64,000 nt of DNA from Pirellulales bacterium (GCA_035532215.1 DATKRK010000356.1:1682-65681), one strand, 5' to 3'. Counted from the stretch's first letter, positions 50,390 through 60,499 are shown. The notes: a model not told the origin generated them from the sequence alone. A program made the numbers and translations.

Positions 50390-53272
50390 CTATTGTTCTT
50401 CGCTGGCTTCGCCGCTGCCGCGCTGGTTCGAAAACTGCCGACTGGCGACGATCGACTCGACGAGGTCGCCAAAACGGTAGCCGTCGGCCGCCAACCGGGT
50501 GCGCATCTCGTCGAGCAAGGGCTCGTCGGAAAGCAACAGCCCGCGGCCGAGCGCGTAGGCCAACAGCTTGCGGCAGAGATTGTCGACGAAGTCTTCCTGC
50601 CGCCGCTCGCGCAGGTAGCGGCGCAGGCCCGCGAGGCCGTCGCCCTGGCTGCCGTCGGGAAAGACGGCGTGCGTCTCGACCGCCCGGCCGCCGAGATCGC
50701 GCTGGCGGCGCTCGCCGATCGGTCCGTAGCCCTCGAAGGCCAGGCCGATCGAGTCGAAGCGGTCGTGGCAGCCGGCGCAGGCATTGTGCTCGCGGTGTTT
50801 GGCCAAGACTTGCGGCAGCGTCAACTCGCCGAGCTGCGCTTCGTCTTTCGGCAGTTCCGGCACTTCCGGCGGCGGCGGGGGAATGTGTTCGCCCAACAAG
50901 CGCCGCACGACCCAATAGCCGCGCTTCACGGGGCTGGTGCGCAAGCCCGGCGAATTCTTGGTCAAAAACGCGGCCATCGGCAGCAGCCCGCCGCGGCCGT
51001 AGCGCGAGGCGTCGTCGACCTGCAACCACTCGTTCGGCCCGTCGGCCGGCGCCGGCATGCCGTAGTGCCGCGCCAACGCCGGATTGACGAACGTGCGATC
51101 GGCGTAAAGAAAATCGAGCACCGAGCGGTTCTGTCGGGCGACGTCGATGAAAAACTTGAGCGGCTCTTCGAACATCGCCTGCCGCAACTCGCTGGTGAAG
51201 CTGGCGAACCGCTCGCGATCGACGCTGTTGTGTTCCTCGAAACGGCGAAACTCCAGCCAGTTGCCGGCGAACTCCGCCGCCAGTCCGCGGATGCGATCGT
51301 CGGCGAGCATCCGCCTGGTTTGCGCCAGCAGCACTTCCGGTTGTTGCAAATCGCCGGCGGCCGCATGGGCCAGCAGTTCATCATCGGGCATGCTCGACCA
51401 GAGAAAATAGCTCAGCCGGCTGGCCAGGGCGTAAGGCGGCAGCGGCTGCATCTCTGGGCCCTCGGCGGCCAAGTCGAAGCGATAACAAAAATACGGCGAG
51501 ACCAGCACGCTGGCCAGCGCGTCGCGGATCGCGTCTTCGTGCGAAAGCTCGTCTTGTTCCCGCAGCAAGCGATAGAAGGCCAGCAGTTCCTCTCGCTCGT
51601 CGGCGGCTAGCGGCCGGCGATAGGCCCGCTCGGCGAACCGCAGCAGGGCTTCGAGGTGGCTCGGCTCGGCCGCCCGCCGTGCTTCGTCGACCCAGCGGAT
51701 GAGGGCCGAGATATCGGTGAAATAGGTTTCGATGGCTTCGATCGCTTCGGGGCTGGCTTCAAGCTTCTTGGCCTTCGCCAGATAAGCCGCGGCAAGCTGC
51801 GAGATCTTAGCCGGCGAGGTCGCGTCCTTGTCTTCCGAGCGGGCGAAGTCGAACGCGCTTTCGCCCATGAATCGCGGCGGCTCGGCCCGCTCGAAAAAGA
51901 TGAAATCCTTGTACTGCCGCGCAGGAACCGAGGTGATGAAATTCAACTCTTGCCACAGTTCATCCAATTCGCGCCGCTCGGCTTCGTCCAATACGAGATC
52001 GTAGAGCGGCTGGTCGTCGCGGAAGTAGCCTTGCATCAAGTGAAAGCCCGCCGTCAGCAGCCGGCCTTGACCCGCCGCTTTCGGATCGAAATAAGGGCCG
52101 CGATCGGAGACGACAAAGGCATCGGGGAAGATGCGGCAGAATTGCGACCAGGCTGCTCGCAACGCCTCGTCGTCGGCGTCGCCTGAATACTCGCGATGCA
52201 GCGCCGCCAGCCGCCGGTTTCGCCACAGCACGAGCGGCTGGCTGCCGGACGAGATGCCCGGCGCCAGAAGTTTTTCGATCTTCGGCGCGCACTTTTTGCG
52301 CTCGCTGACGACGAAATCGCGCATCGCTTCCGCGCGGCGGCGAAGTGCGTCGCGTTCATTAGCGAGCGCGGGCAACTCGCGCCACATCGCCCGCAGCGCC
52401 ACGACCGGCCCAGTCGCTGGTTCGTCGCCATCATTCAACGTCGCCCAAAGAGACTTCAAGTACTTGGGACTCAATTTGCTCTCTCGCCCCAGTCGATCGA
52501 GCGACACGTCCAAATTCGCCGTTTCATCGCCTTGCCGGCTGCGCCGCAGGGCCAAGGCATGAAAATAATCGGCGTAATCGACGCGGCGCCGAGCGTAAAA
52601 ATCGATGATCCGCTGCACGCAGTACTTGTCGCGATCGGTCTCGGTAACGACCGCGTGCGGGGCAAACACGAAGCCGTGCGGCTTGAGCGCCAGATGATCG
52701 GCGACCAGCCGCGCGGCGGCCAAATACTTTTTCGCCAGCGCCGGCGACATGGTCAGCGATTCGCCCGAATTGTCGAAGCCCGCCTCGTTGGCCGGATCGA
52801 CGGGAAACTCTCGCGTCGGCCGAATATCGACGCCGGTCAGATCGCGGATCGTATAGTCGAACTCGGCGTTGCTCAGCCGCCGCGCCAACACCGGCCCAGG
52901 GTCGCCGGCGTGGCGCCGCGCTTCTGCGTCGCGCATCGCCTCGATCCAGGCGACGACGGCCTGGCGCTCGTCGGCCGCCGGCTGCCGCTCGGCGTCTTCG
53001 GGCGGCATTTCATGGGCGGCAAGTCGATCGAGCGCCAACTCCCACGTGCGATGCTGTTGGGCGACCGCCGCCAACGACGCGTAGCCGCTCAAATCGAGCT
53101 TGGCCTCTCGTTTCGCCTCGCCATGACAAGCGAGGCAATATCTTTGCAAGAAGGGCCGCACGGTCTGCGTGAAGCGGGCGTCCAGCATTGGCTCGGGCGG
53201 TTCGGCGGCATCTGATTGTGCTAGAGCAAAGGCGACCCAGACCGTTCCAGCAGCCAGTGCCGATCGTTTCAT
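50390..53272 (-). CDS. DUF1592/DUF1588/DUF1587/DUF1585/DUF1595 multidomain protein with planctomycete-type cytochrome c motif
   Basis: About 960 aa with a signal peptide (MKRSALAAGTVWVAFALAQSDA). The N-terminal heme site is RYCLACHGE and the C-terminal one is NACAGCHDRFDSIGLAFEGYGPIG. ATG is at 53272 and the ORF is open from 53311. Confidence 0.88.
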   Translation of the reverse strand: MKRSALAAGTVWVAFALAQSDAAEPPEPMLDARFTQTVRPFLQRYCLACHGEAKREAKLDLSGYASLAAVAQQHRTWELALDRLAAHEMPPEDAERQPAADERQAVVAWIEAMRDAEARRHAGDPGPVLARRLSNAEFDYTIRDLTGVDIRPTREFPVDPANEAGFDNSGESLTMSPALAKKYLAAARLVADHLALKPHGFVFAPHAVVTETDRDKYCVQRIIDFYARRRVDYADYFHALALRRSRQGDETANLDVSLDRLGRESKLSPKYLKSLWATLNDGDEPATGPVVALRAMWRELPALANERDALRRRAEAMRDFVVSERKKCAPKIEKLLAPGISSGSQPLVLWRNRRLAALHREYSGDADDEALRAAWSQFCRIFPDAFVVSDRGPYFDPKAAGQGRLLTAGFHLMQGYFRDDQPLYDLVLDEAERRELDELWQELNFITSVPARQYKDFIFFERAEPPRFMGESAFDFARSEDKDATSPAKISQLAAAYLAKAKKLEASPEAIEAIETYFTDISALIRWVDEARRAAEPSHLEALLRFAERAYRRPLAADEREELLAFYRLLREQDELSHEDAIRDALASVLVSPYFCYRFDLAAEGPEMQPLPPYALASRLSYFLWSSMPDDELLAHAAAGDLQQPEVLLAQTRRMLADDRIRGLAAEFAGNWLEFRRFEEHNSVDRERFASFTSELRQAMFEEPLKFFIDVARQNRSVLDFLYADRTFVNPALARHYGMPAPADGPNEWLQVDDASRYGRGGLLPMAAFLTKNSPGLRTSPVKRGYWVVRRLLGEHIPPPPPEVPELPKDEAQLGELTLPQVLAKHREHNACAGCHDRFDSIGLAFEGYGPIGERRQRDLGGRAVETHAVFPDGSQGDGLAGLRRYLRERRQEDFVDNLCRKLLAYALGRGLLLSDEPLLDEMRTRLAADGYRFGDLVESIVASRQFSNQRGSGEASEEQ

Positions 53273-53569
53273 GAACAAGTTCATCCGGAGCCTGAGTCGT
53301 CCTACTTGCATGGATAGAGCGTGCTGCTATAATGGGGTCGTTGCCTTCGGGCGACATCCCCCGCGTCAGGTACCTGCCCCGCCTGACGCGGGTTTTTTCA
53401 TGCGCGAGCCGAATTCTCCGGGCGGCAACACACGGTTAGCACACGCCCCTCGGCTCGACCAGCATGGACCCATCCACCGATACGGATATAATAACAGGCG
53501 TTTATGAATATTGCCTGCCGATAATCCCGCCCGACCGGCGACCGCCCAATATCCCACGGAGAACGCACC

Positions 53570-54934
53570 ATGTTGACGATTCTTGGCCAGCGAAACGCAC
53601 GGCGTTCGTTCTGCGATGGCGTCAGCCGCCGCAGCTTTTTGAAGATCGGCGGCACGGCGCTCGGCGGGCTGTCGCTGCCGCAATTGCTGGCGGCCGAAGC
53701 GAAGGCGGGCGGCGGCAGGCACAAATCGGTCATCAATGTCTTCCTGCCCGGCGGCCCGCCACACCAGGATATGTGGGATATCAAGACCGAGGCCCCGGCC
53801 GAGATTCGCGGCGAGTTCGAGGCCATCAAGACCAACGTGCCGGGCATCGAAATCTGCGAGCTATTTCCGCGGATCGCCGCGATGATGGACAAGTTCGTGC
53901 CGGTCCGCACCGTGGTCGGTTCGTTCGGCGGGCACGACGGCTACCAGTGCATGACCGGCCGCACGCCGAACAACCCGCCGCAAGGCGACTGGCCGGCGAT
54001 GGGCGGCTGGGTCTCGAAGGTGCAAGGCGCCGTACATCCGGGCGTGCCGGCCCACTTGTCGCTGATGTACAAGACGGGCGCCAGCGGCTGGGGCAACCCG
54101 CGCGACGGCGGCTTTTTGGGCGCCGCGCACGCTCCGTTCCGCCTCGTCGGCGACAAGGCGGGCAGCGTGGCCGATAACATGACGCTCCGCGATCTCACGC
54201 TCGAACGCCTCGCCGATCGCCAGAGCCTGCTCAAATCGTTTGACAACTTCCGCCGCGAGGCCGACAGCTCGCGAATGATGACCGGCATGGACGTCTACTT
54301 GCAACAGGCCGTCGGCATTCTCACATCGTCGGCCCTGCGCGACGCGCTCGACCTGTCGAAGGAAGACCCGCAAATCCTGGCCCGCTACGGCCAGAACGAT
54401 CCGACGTTCCAGCGCGACGGCGCCCCGCGGATGGTGCAGAACTTCTGCGTCGCTCGGCGGCTGGTCGAAGCCGGGGCTCGCGTCGTCTCGATGAATTACA
54501 GCCGCTGGGACTGGCACGGGCCCGACGGCAAGAACTTCGTGCAGGCGCGCGAAGACATGCCGCTGTTGGATCAGGGGTTGTCGGCCCTGGTGACGGATCT
54601 GCACGAACGCGGGCTCGAGCGCGATGTCTCGGTCGTGGTCTGGGGCGAGTTCGGCCGCACGCCGCGGATCAACAACACGGCCGGCCGCGACCACTGGCCG
54701 CAGAACTCGTGCGCCATGCTGGCCGGCGGCGGGATGCGCACCGGCCAGGTGCTCGGCGTCACCGACCGCCTCGGCGGCGAAGCGAAGGTGCGGCCCGTCA
54801 GCTTCCAAGAGATCTTCGCCACGCTCTACCACAATCTCGGCATCGACGTGAACACCGTCACCGCGCTGGACCTGCACGGCCGGCCGCAATATCTGGTCGA
54901 CAACGGCGTGCAGCCGATCCGCGAGTTGATTTGA
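53570..54934 (+). CDS. DUF1501 domain protein (sulfatase-like, Tat signal)
   Basis: 454 aa. The Tat leader is SRRSFLKIGGTALGGLSLPQLL. Other motifs are INVFLPGGPPHQDMWD and GEFGRTPRINNTAGRDHWP. Confidence 0.93.
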   Translation: MLTILGQRNARRSFCDGVSRRSFLKIGGTALGGLSLPQLLAAEAKAGGGRHKSVINVFLPGGPPHQDMWDIKTEAPAEIRGEFEAIKTNVPGIEICELFPRIAAMMDKFVPVRTVVGSFGGHDGYQCMTGRTPNNPPQGDWPAMGGWVSKVQGAVHPGVPAHLSLMYKTGASGWGNPRDGGFLGAAHAPFRLVGDKAGSVADNMTLRDLTLERLADRQSLLKSFDNFRREADSSRMMTGMDVYLQQAVGILTSSALRDALDLSKEDPQILARYGQNDPTFQRDGAPRMVQNFCVARRLVEAGARVVSMNYSRWDWHGPDGKNFVQAREDMPLLDQGLSALVTDLHERGLERDVSVVVWGEFGRTPRINNTAGRDHWPQNSCAMLAGGGMRTGQVLGVTDRLGGEAKVRPVSFQEIFATLYHNLGIDVNTVTALDLHGRPQYLVDNGVQPIRELI

Positions 54935-55083
54935 GGCAGGATGCGCGTTCAGCAACTCTCGGCGTCAGACTAGCCCAAAGACGACGGACTGCTTGTCGCT
55001 TTTCTTGCTTGGAACGTTTCGGCGATGATACGCTGAGACGGGGGGCGATTCGTTCGCAGGGCCGCCTTGTGGCATCCGATCGC

Positions 55084-55515
55084 ATGCCAACTCGTCGCCG
55101 TTGGTTTCAATTCAGCCTCGCTACGCTGCTGGCGGGTACGGCGGTCGCCGCATGCGCCACGTTCGCCGTGCAATGGTTCGCCTTATGGCGCCGCGCTGAA
55201 GCGGCCGAGCATGCTTTTGTAGCGGCGGAATCAAATTGGGAGGCCGGAACCGGCCGTTTTGAGGAGGTCCGTGAGGCGTCAAGCAGATGGCTCGATGCCG
55301 AGTCGGCCGTGCCGTTTTCGGATCAGCGCGCGGCGCAAATCGCCTATTTAAACCGCACCGCCCGACTGGAAAGACGAGCCACCGGCAGGGCCGTGTACGC
55401 CCTGTTCGGCTCAGAGGAAGCGTTGCATGAGCATGAGCAATGGGCGTTGCAATTGCGCGCCGATCGCAAGGAATTGGAGTCTCGTTTGGGCGTCAAGGCG
55501 GTCGACGAAGAGTGA
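55084..55515 (+). CDS. Hypothetical membrane-anchored protein
   Basis: Internal ATG gives MPTRRRWFQFSLATLLAGTAVAACATFAV, the N-terminal motif common in planctomycete hypotheticals. A helical domain follows. Confidence 0.5.
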   Translation: MPTRRRWFQFSLATLLAGTAVAACATFAVQWFALWRRAEAAEHAFVAAESNWEAGTGRFEEVREASSRWLDAESAVPFSDQRAAQIAYLNRTARLERRATGRAVYALFGSEEALHEHEQWALQLRADRKELESRLGVKAVDEE

Positions 55516-55820
55516 GCATCGCGGACCGCTTTTGCTATTGACGTCGCCTCTGGGGAAAAAGGGCTCTTCCGCGGAATCTGTGGGGCAATTTGGCGCTGAT
55601 TTGCGGGGCTCCGGTTGCGTTTTCCGAGGCATGGCCGGGCAAATAAATGAGGTGCTCGCAAAGTGCAACAGGCGACGAGGATTCTATCGCCAATGGTCGC
55701 AACTCGCCTGCCGCTCGTCATAAGTCGCGGAATCACCAAGTATTGGGCAGGCGGTGCTAGCGCGAAATAGACCGGTGTGCTTGGCAGGGCGGCGATGATC
55801 GGCGATAGACGAAGCTCGTT

Positions 55821-56178
55821 TGCCACCAGCTTTAGAGATCGTCCTGCTTTTTACGCGGCGTTTTCCGCAGTGAATTCCGACCCCGAAGGGGTCAGATTCG
55901 ATAGCCCAGGGCGCAGCCCTGGGAATCCGAACGACGCAACATTGTTCACCCCGACGGGGTGAAACCGGCCGCCGCATCGACCAGTGATTGTAAATTGAGC
56001 AGAGGGCCTTGGGATGAGAACCAACGAGTTACGCCCTTTCAGGGCGGACGCGCCGTTGGTTGGACGAGTCCCCCAGGGCTGCGCCCTGGGCTATCGAATG
56101 ACGCACCTTCGGTGCTACGGCGGCCTTCGGCCTTATCCATCTTTCCAGAAAGCAGGACGATCTCTTTAGCTGGTGGCA
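55821..56178. mobile_element. MITE-like 358-bp element bounded by 30-bp terminal inverted repeats (repeat family F)
   Basis: TGCCACCAGCTTTAGAGATCGTCCTGCTTT (55821-55850) matches the reverse complement of 56149-56178 at 28/30. An inner inverted pair ATTCGATAGCCCAGGGCGCAGCCCTGGG (55897-55924 / 56071-56098) is present. No transposase ORF. Confidence 0.55.
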
Positions 56179-56684
56179 GACACGATAGGAAGACTGCGTA
56201 ACGGCGGAGCGCGAGTTGCAACCCTCGCCAATTATCTCGTCCGTGCATTGCGACGTGCATTTATTTGCCCGGATATGCCTTGAAAACGCACGCCTCCACT
56301 TGCTCTGCAAGCCGGAATGACGCATAAATTCTGCCGAGGAACAATCTTTTCAAAGCGTCGGCGAGGGTTAAGTCGATGGACACGATTCTCGCTTGCGATT
56401 GCGAGCAAGCCGCCGGGGCGATAAGGTCGGTTCGCCCGTCGGTCTAAAAACTGCGCGAAGTCGTTCGACGGCTGGCGCAGCGGCGCCGAGCGCAGCTTGC
56501 CGAAAACGCACGTTTGGCGGCCGGAGAGCCGCGGCGTGAAAGCGAAAAATCATGATTTATACGCCCCGCGAGATGATAAACCGCCGCCGTGCCAGAAAAG
56601 GGCCAAAACCTCGGCCCGCAGGCGAAAATGCCGAGGGCGATGATTTATCGAAAGGCGTCGAAACGGGCGCGAAACGGGCGCCGA

Positions 56685-57040
56685 TCAGGCATGAAACGCC
56701 CTGTTTTGCGCCGCCGCTATGGCCCCGCGAGGCGCGAACCGCGTGTTTTCTCGGAGAATCTCGCGATGCGGCGCCGATTTGCACGCTTGCACGCGCAGCG
56801 ATATAAATAAATCGGCCGGAATATAAATCACCGTCGCCGTCATCGCGGAGAAAGAAAGCCGCTGGTGAACGGCCAGATACTTTCGCGCCGAGACCAGCAC
56901 CTGCGGATGCTTGCCTTTGATCACTTCGGAGAGGATATCCGTGTCGATCAGCGCCGCATCCATGTCTACGGAAGATCACGCGAAAGGTTAGCCCTGGTTT
57001 TCGCGACCTTATTGATCGCCTCGATCTCTTCCTCGGTCAT
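56685..57040 (-). pseudogene. vapC: Degraded type II toxin-antitoxin pair: truncated PIN-domain VapC plus short antitoxin remnant
   Basis: MDAALIDTDILSEVIKGKHPQVLVSARKYLAVHQRLSFSAMT is a typical VapC N-terminus, but PIN homology is lost after about 47 aa. Fragments resembling the C-terminal region appear in other frames. Upstream, ...MTEEEIEAINKVAKTRANLSRDLP ends 2 nt before the vapC ATG and overlaps the GNAT gene start region. Confidence 0.5.
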
Positions 57041-57068
57041 CTTCTGAAAAAAGCGGCGCAGACGCGAA

Positions 57069-58034
57069 ATGCCGCGGCGCGATATTCTGAAGGCTATGGA
57101 GCTTGTTCCCGTCGACAACTTGCAAATTGGTCTGGCGCCGGCGGAACGCCGCGCGGAGGCGTTCGAGCTGGCCTTTAGCTCGCTGCCCGAGACCGAACGG
57201 CGAGGGTTGGCGGAGCAGGCGCTGCGGAAGGCCGCCGTGGCGGACGCCGCGGCGCTGTTCGAAGCGCGGCGCGACGGGCGCTTGCTCGGCGCGCTGTATT
57301 GCGAACTGCAACTCGGCGGCAGCGCCGGGCTCTGGGCGCCGCAAATCGCCGCCGAAGCCGCGGACGATGCCGCCTTCGCCGAGCGTTGCGCCGGCGAGCT
57401 GTTGCAGGCGGCGATCGCTTGGCTCGCCGCGCGGCGCGTGCGGGTGGTGCAATCGCTGCTGACGACCGACTCGGGCCGCGACGCCGAGCGGCTGCGGGCG
57501 GCCGGCTTTACGCATCCGGCCGACTTGCTGTATCTGGTCAGCCTGGCCAACAGCTTTCCAGCGGCGCCGATCGAGACGGATTTATCGTTCGAACCGCTCA
57601 CCGCCCGTAGCGACGACGAACTGGCGGAATTGCTGGAAGGCACTTACGAACAAACGCTCGATTGCCCGGCGCTCAACGGCGTGCAAGACTGTCGCGAAGT
57701 GCTGGCCGGCTATCGGGCGACCGGCTCGTTCGATCACGCGAACTGGTTCTTCGTTCGTCGCGACGGGCAGGACGTGGGCTGCTTGCTGCTGGCCGACTTT
57801 CCCGACGTCAATCAATATCTGCTGGTCTACATGGGGCTGCTGCCCGCGGCTCGCGGACAGGGCCTGGGGATCGAACTGGTACGCCATGCGCAATGGCTGT
57901 GCGGGCGAGCGGGCCGGGCGCGGTTGGTGCTGGCGGTCGACGCCGAGAATTCGCCCGCCATCAACATTTACGCTGCCGCCGGTTTTATCGCCTGGGATCG
58001 TCGCAGCGTCTGGCTGCGCGTGCTGGAAAGCTAA
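57069..58034 (+). CDS. GNAT family N-acetyltransferase (two-domain)
   Basis: The C-terminal acetyl-CoA motif is LVYMGLLPAARGQGLGIELVRHA...LAVDAENSPAINIYAAAGF. Confidence 0.8.
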   Translation: MPRRDILKAMELVPVDNLQIGLAPAERRAEAFELAFSSLPETERRGLAEQALRKAAVADAAALFEARRDGRLLGALYCELQLGGSAGLWAPQIAAEAADDAAFAERCAGELLQAAIAWLAARRVRVVQSLLTTDSGRDAERLRAAGFTHPADLLYLVSLANSFPAAPIETDLSFEPLTARSDDELAELLEGTYEQTLDCPALNGVQDCREVLAGYRATGSFDHANWFFVRRDGQDVGCLLLADFPDVNQYLLVYMGLLPAARGQGLGIELVRHAQWLCGRAGRARLVLAVDAENSPAINIYAAAGFIAWDRRSVWLRVLES

Positions 58035-58295
58035 CAGCAAGCTTTCGCGGCAGTTTTCCAGGCTGCGGTTCAGGCAATTCCGCGAGGCGTTGGGGCATAA
58101 GGCTTTGCGCTTGGGAACCGTTCGGGCCCCGCACGGCGCCGCGGTCGATCCGACAGTTTTTCCACGGCCGGTTGCGCGGCCAAAAATATTTTTCTAATGG
58201 AGAGGACACCCGCGGCTAACGGAGTTTTTCGGCGAATTTGCGCGCCTCGCGCGAGCGGTCGCCAAGGGCGAGCGCCGACGCGCCGATGAAACTCT

Positions 58296-58323
58296 TTGAC
58301 AGCGCTGCTAGCACGCGTACAAT
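58296..58323 (+). promoter_or_regulatory. Near-consensus sigma-70 promoter upstream of dnaA
   Basis: TTGACA (58296-58301), a 16-nt spacer, then TACAAT (58318-58323), about 145 nt before the dnaA start region. Confidence 0.5.
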
Positions 58324-58467
58324 CGACGCCTCGGGTGACATTCAACAATCCTTTAGGCGGCTGTCGCGGACACGCCTCTTCCCAATTCCCATAGCCGTGA
58401 CAAACGGCACGAATCGACCGCGCCATGACGGTGAGGCTCGGGGTAGGGGAGTTTGTGCGCTGAGGAC

Positions 58468-59880
58468 ATGCAGGAAGTGACCAAGGACGATATGGAGATC
58501 GTGTCAGCTTTGCAGATTGCGCTTGCTGATAAGGTCGGTCAGGAGCGGTTCGAGTTGTGGTTCGGCGCGAACACGCGTCTCGAAGTGAGCGACGGCGCCC
58601 TGACGGTCCGCGTGCCCAACCAGTTCTTCCAAGACTGGCTGCGGAAGAACTACCGCCAGCAGATCGAAGCCGCCTGCCAAGAGACGCTCGGCTGGCCGGC
58701 GCCGGTCAACTTCCGCGTCGATCCGTCGCTGGCCGAGGCCGTCGCCGCGGCGGCCTCGCCAGGGCCGCAGGCATCCCAGGTCAAGGATTCGTTGGCCGGG
58801 GTTTCGGCGGCGCCCGCGCCGCCGGCCCCGGCAGGCGCCGCGCGGCGGCGCTTCGCCGCGCTCGATTCGTTCGTGGTCGGTTCGACAAATCGCCTGGCCC
58901 GCGTGGCCGTGCAAACGATGGTCTCGGGGCATGGCGCCACGTCGCCCTTGCTGCTCTATGGTCCGACGGGCGTGGGCAAAACCCACTTGCTCGAGGCTCT
59001 GTGGACCGAAGCCCGCAAGACGCGAGCCGGTTGCCAGGCCGTTTATCTGTCGGCCGAGCAGTTCACCACGCAGTTCCTCGGCGCCTTGCACGGCAGCGGC
59101 TTGCCGAGCTTCCGCAGCAAGCACCGCGGGCTCGATCTGCTGCTGATCGACGACCTCCAATTTCTGGCCGGCAAGCGAGCGACGCTGGTCGAGCTGTTGC
59201 ACACGATCGACGCCTTTGCCCGCGCCGGCCGGCAATTGGCCTTCGCGGCCGACCGCCCGCCGGCGGAACTCGGCGAGTTGGGGCCCGAACTGGTGACGCG
59301 GCTGCAAGGCGGCCTGGTTTGCGGCATCCAACCGCCCGAATACGAAACGCGGCTGGGCATCGTCGGCCGCATGGCGGCGCGTTTCGAGTTGGCCGTGCCC
59401 GGCGACGTGCAAGCTTATGTCGCGGCCCATTTCACTTCGCACGCCCGCGAGTTGGCCGGGGCCTTGAACCGGCTGCACGCCACGAGTTTGGCGCTCGAGC
59501 GGCCGATCACGCTCGAATTGGCCGAGGAGGCCTTGGCCGAAGTGCTCCAACAAAACTCCCGCAGCGTGCGGCTGGCGGATATCGAACAAGCGGTGTGCCA
59601 GGTGTTCGGCCTCGAACCGCAGAGCCTGCAATCGCGGCGAAAGGGCAAGCAAGTCAGTCATCCGCGGATGTTGGCCATGTGGCTGGCCCGCAAGCACACG
59701 CGAGCCGCGCTCAGCGAGATCGGCTGTTACTTCGGCGGCCGCAGCCACACCACGGTGATCTCGGCCCAGAAGAAGATCAACGCCTGGATGGCCGGCCGCG
59801 CCTCGCTCGACGTCAGCCACGGGCAATGCGACGTCGAAGAAGCCGTGCGCCGCATCGAGCAAACGCTGCAAGCGGGGTAG
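58468..59880 (+). CDS. dnaA: Chromosomal replication initiator protein DnaA
   Basis: Domain I is FELWFGANTRLEVSDGALTVRVPNQFFQDWL. The AAA+ module has PLLLYGPTGVGKTHLL, LLLIDDLQFLAGK and box VII. Domain IV is HPRMLAMWLARKHTRAALSEIGCYFGGRSHTTV. Alternative starts are 58453 (TTG) and 58492 (ATG). Confidence 0.93.
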   Translation: MQEVTKDDMEIVSALQIALADKVGQERFELWFGANTRLEVSDGALTVRVPNQFFQDWLRKNYRQQIEAACQETLGWPAPVNFRVDPSLAEAVAAAASPGPQASQVKDSLAGVSAAPAPPAPAGAARRRFAALDSFVVGSTNRLARVAVQTMVSGHGATSPLLLYGPTGVGKTHLLEALWTEARKTRAGCQAVYLSAEQFTTQFLGALHGSGLPSFRSKHRGLDLLLIDDLQFLAGKRATLVELLHTIDAFARAGRQLAFAADRPPAELGELGPELVTRLQGGLVCGIQPPEYETRLGIVGRMAARFELAVPGDVQAYVAAHFTSHARELAGALNRLHATSLALERPITLELAEEALAEVLQQNSRSVRLADIEQAVCQVFGLEPQSLQSRRKGKQVSHPRMLAMWLARKHTRAALSEIGCYFGGRSHTTVISAQKKINAWMAGRASLDVSHGQCDVEEAVRRIEQTLQAG

Positions 59881-59966
59881 GGCCGAAGTTCCGCGCCCAA
59901 GCGGCCCGCCTATCGGGGAGCCGTTGCATCTGAGATAATCGCGCGTTTGAGCCATAGGGACGCGAA

Positions 59967-60494
59967 ATGCCGCCGAATCAAAAGATGCTGTTCGACGCCG
60001 GACCGGCGATCAAGCGCACGCAGCGCAGCGGATCGTTCGTCGACAACATGCAGTTGCCGGTGCATCGCTGGTTCCGCTACTCGGCGGGTTTTTCGGCGGA
60101 GTGGGTCGGCGATTTGATTCGTTCGGCTGCTCGCGGCGGCGGTCGCGTACTCGACCCGTTTGCGGGATCGGGCACGGTGGTTTTAGAGGCCGAACGGGCG
60201 AACGCTTCGAGCATCGGCTTGGAAGCCCACCCATTTCTTGCGCGCCTTGCGCGAGCGAAGCTCGGTTGGCGCGAGGCGCCGGAAGACTTGCGCCGCCGGG
60301 CCAAGCTGATTCTTTCGACGGCCGAGTCGGCCAGCGAGCCGAAGCTTGCCGCATATCCCGCCTTGATGCGCAAGTGTTTTCCCGACGAAACGCTGGGCAA
60401 GCTCGACTATTACGTGACAAATCGTCAGACATCGGGGTTCGCGGGGGCCATCGAGTCCATGGCTCCGCCGCTTCCCATGGCGAATATCAGGTGA
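59967..60494 (+). pseudogene. N-terminal fragment of a DNA methyltransferase (motif I only), apparently truncated
   Basis: LPVHRWFRYSAGFSAEWVGDLI...RVLDPFAGSGTVVLEAERANASSIGLEAHPF carries the SAM-binding motif I (DPFxGSGT). No catalytic (D/N)PPY motif follows. The ORF ends after 175 aa exactly where GC content drops. Confidence 0.65.
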
Positions 60495-60499
60495 CATCC

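Noticed and set aside
50351-53215. Several 150-420-aa + strand ORFs (50351..51610, 51656..52186, 52196..53215)
   Set aside because: All are antisense to the DUF1592-type gene, which has heme-binding and family motifs.
58504-59955. 483-aa ORF on the - strand and a 458-aa alternative + frame
   Set aside because: Both overlap dnaA, whose frame carries the AAA+ and domain IV motifs. The others are compositional artefacts.
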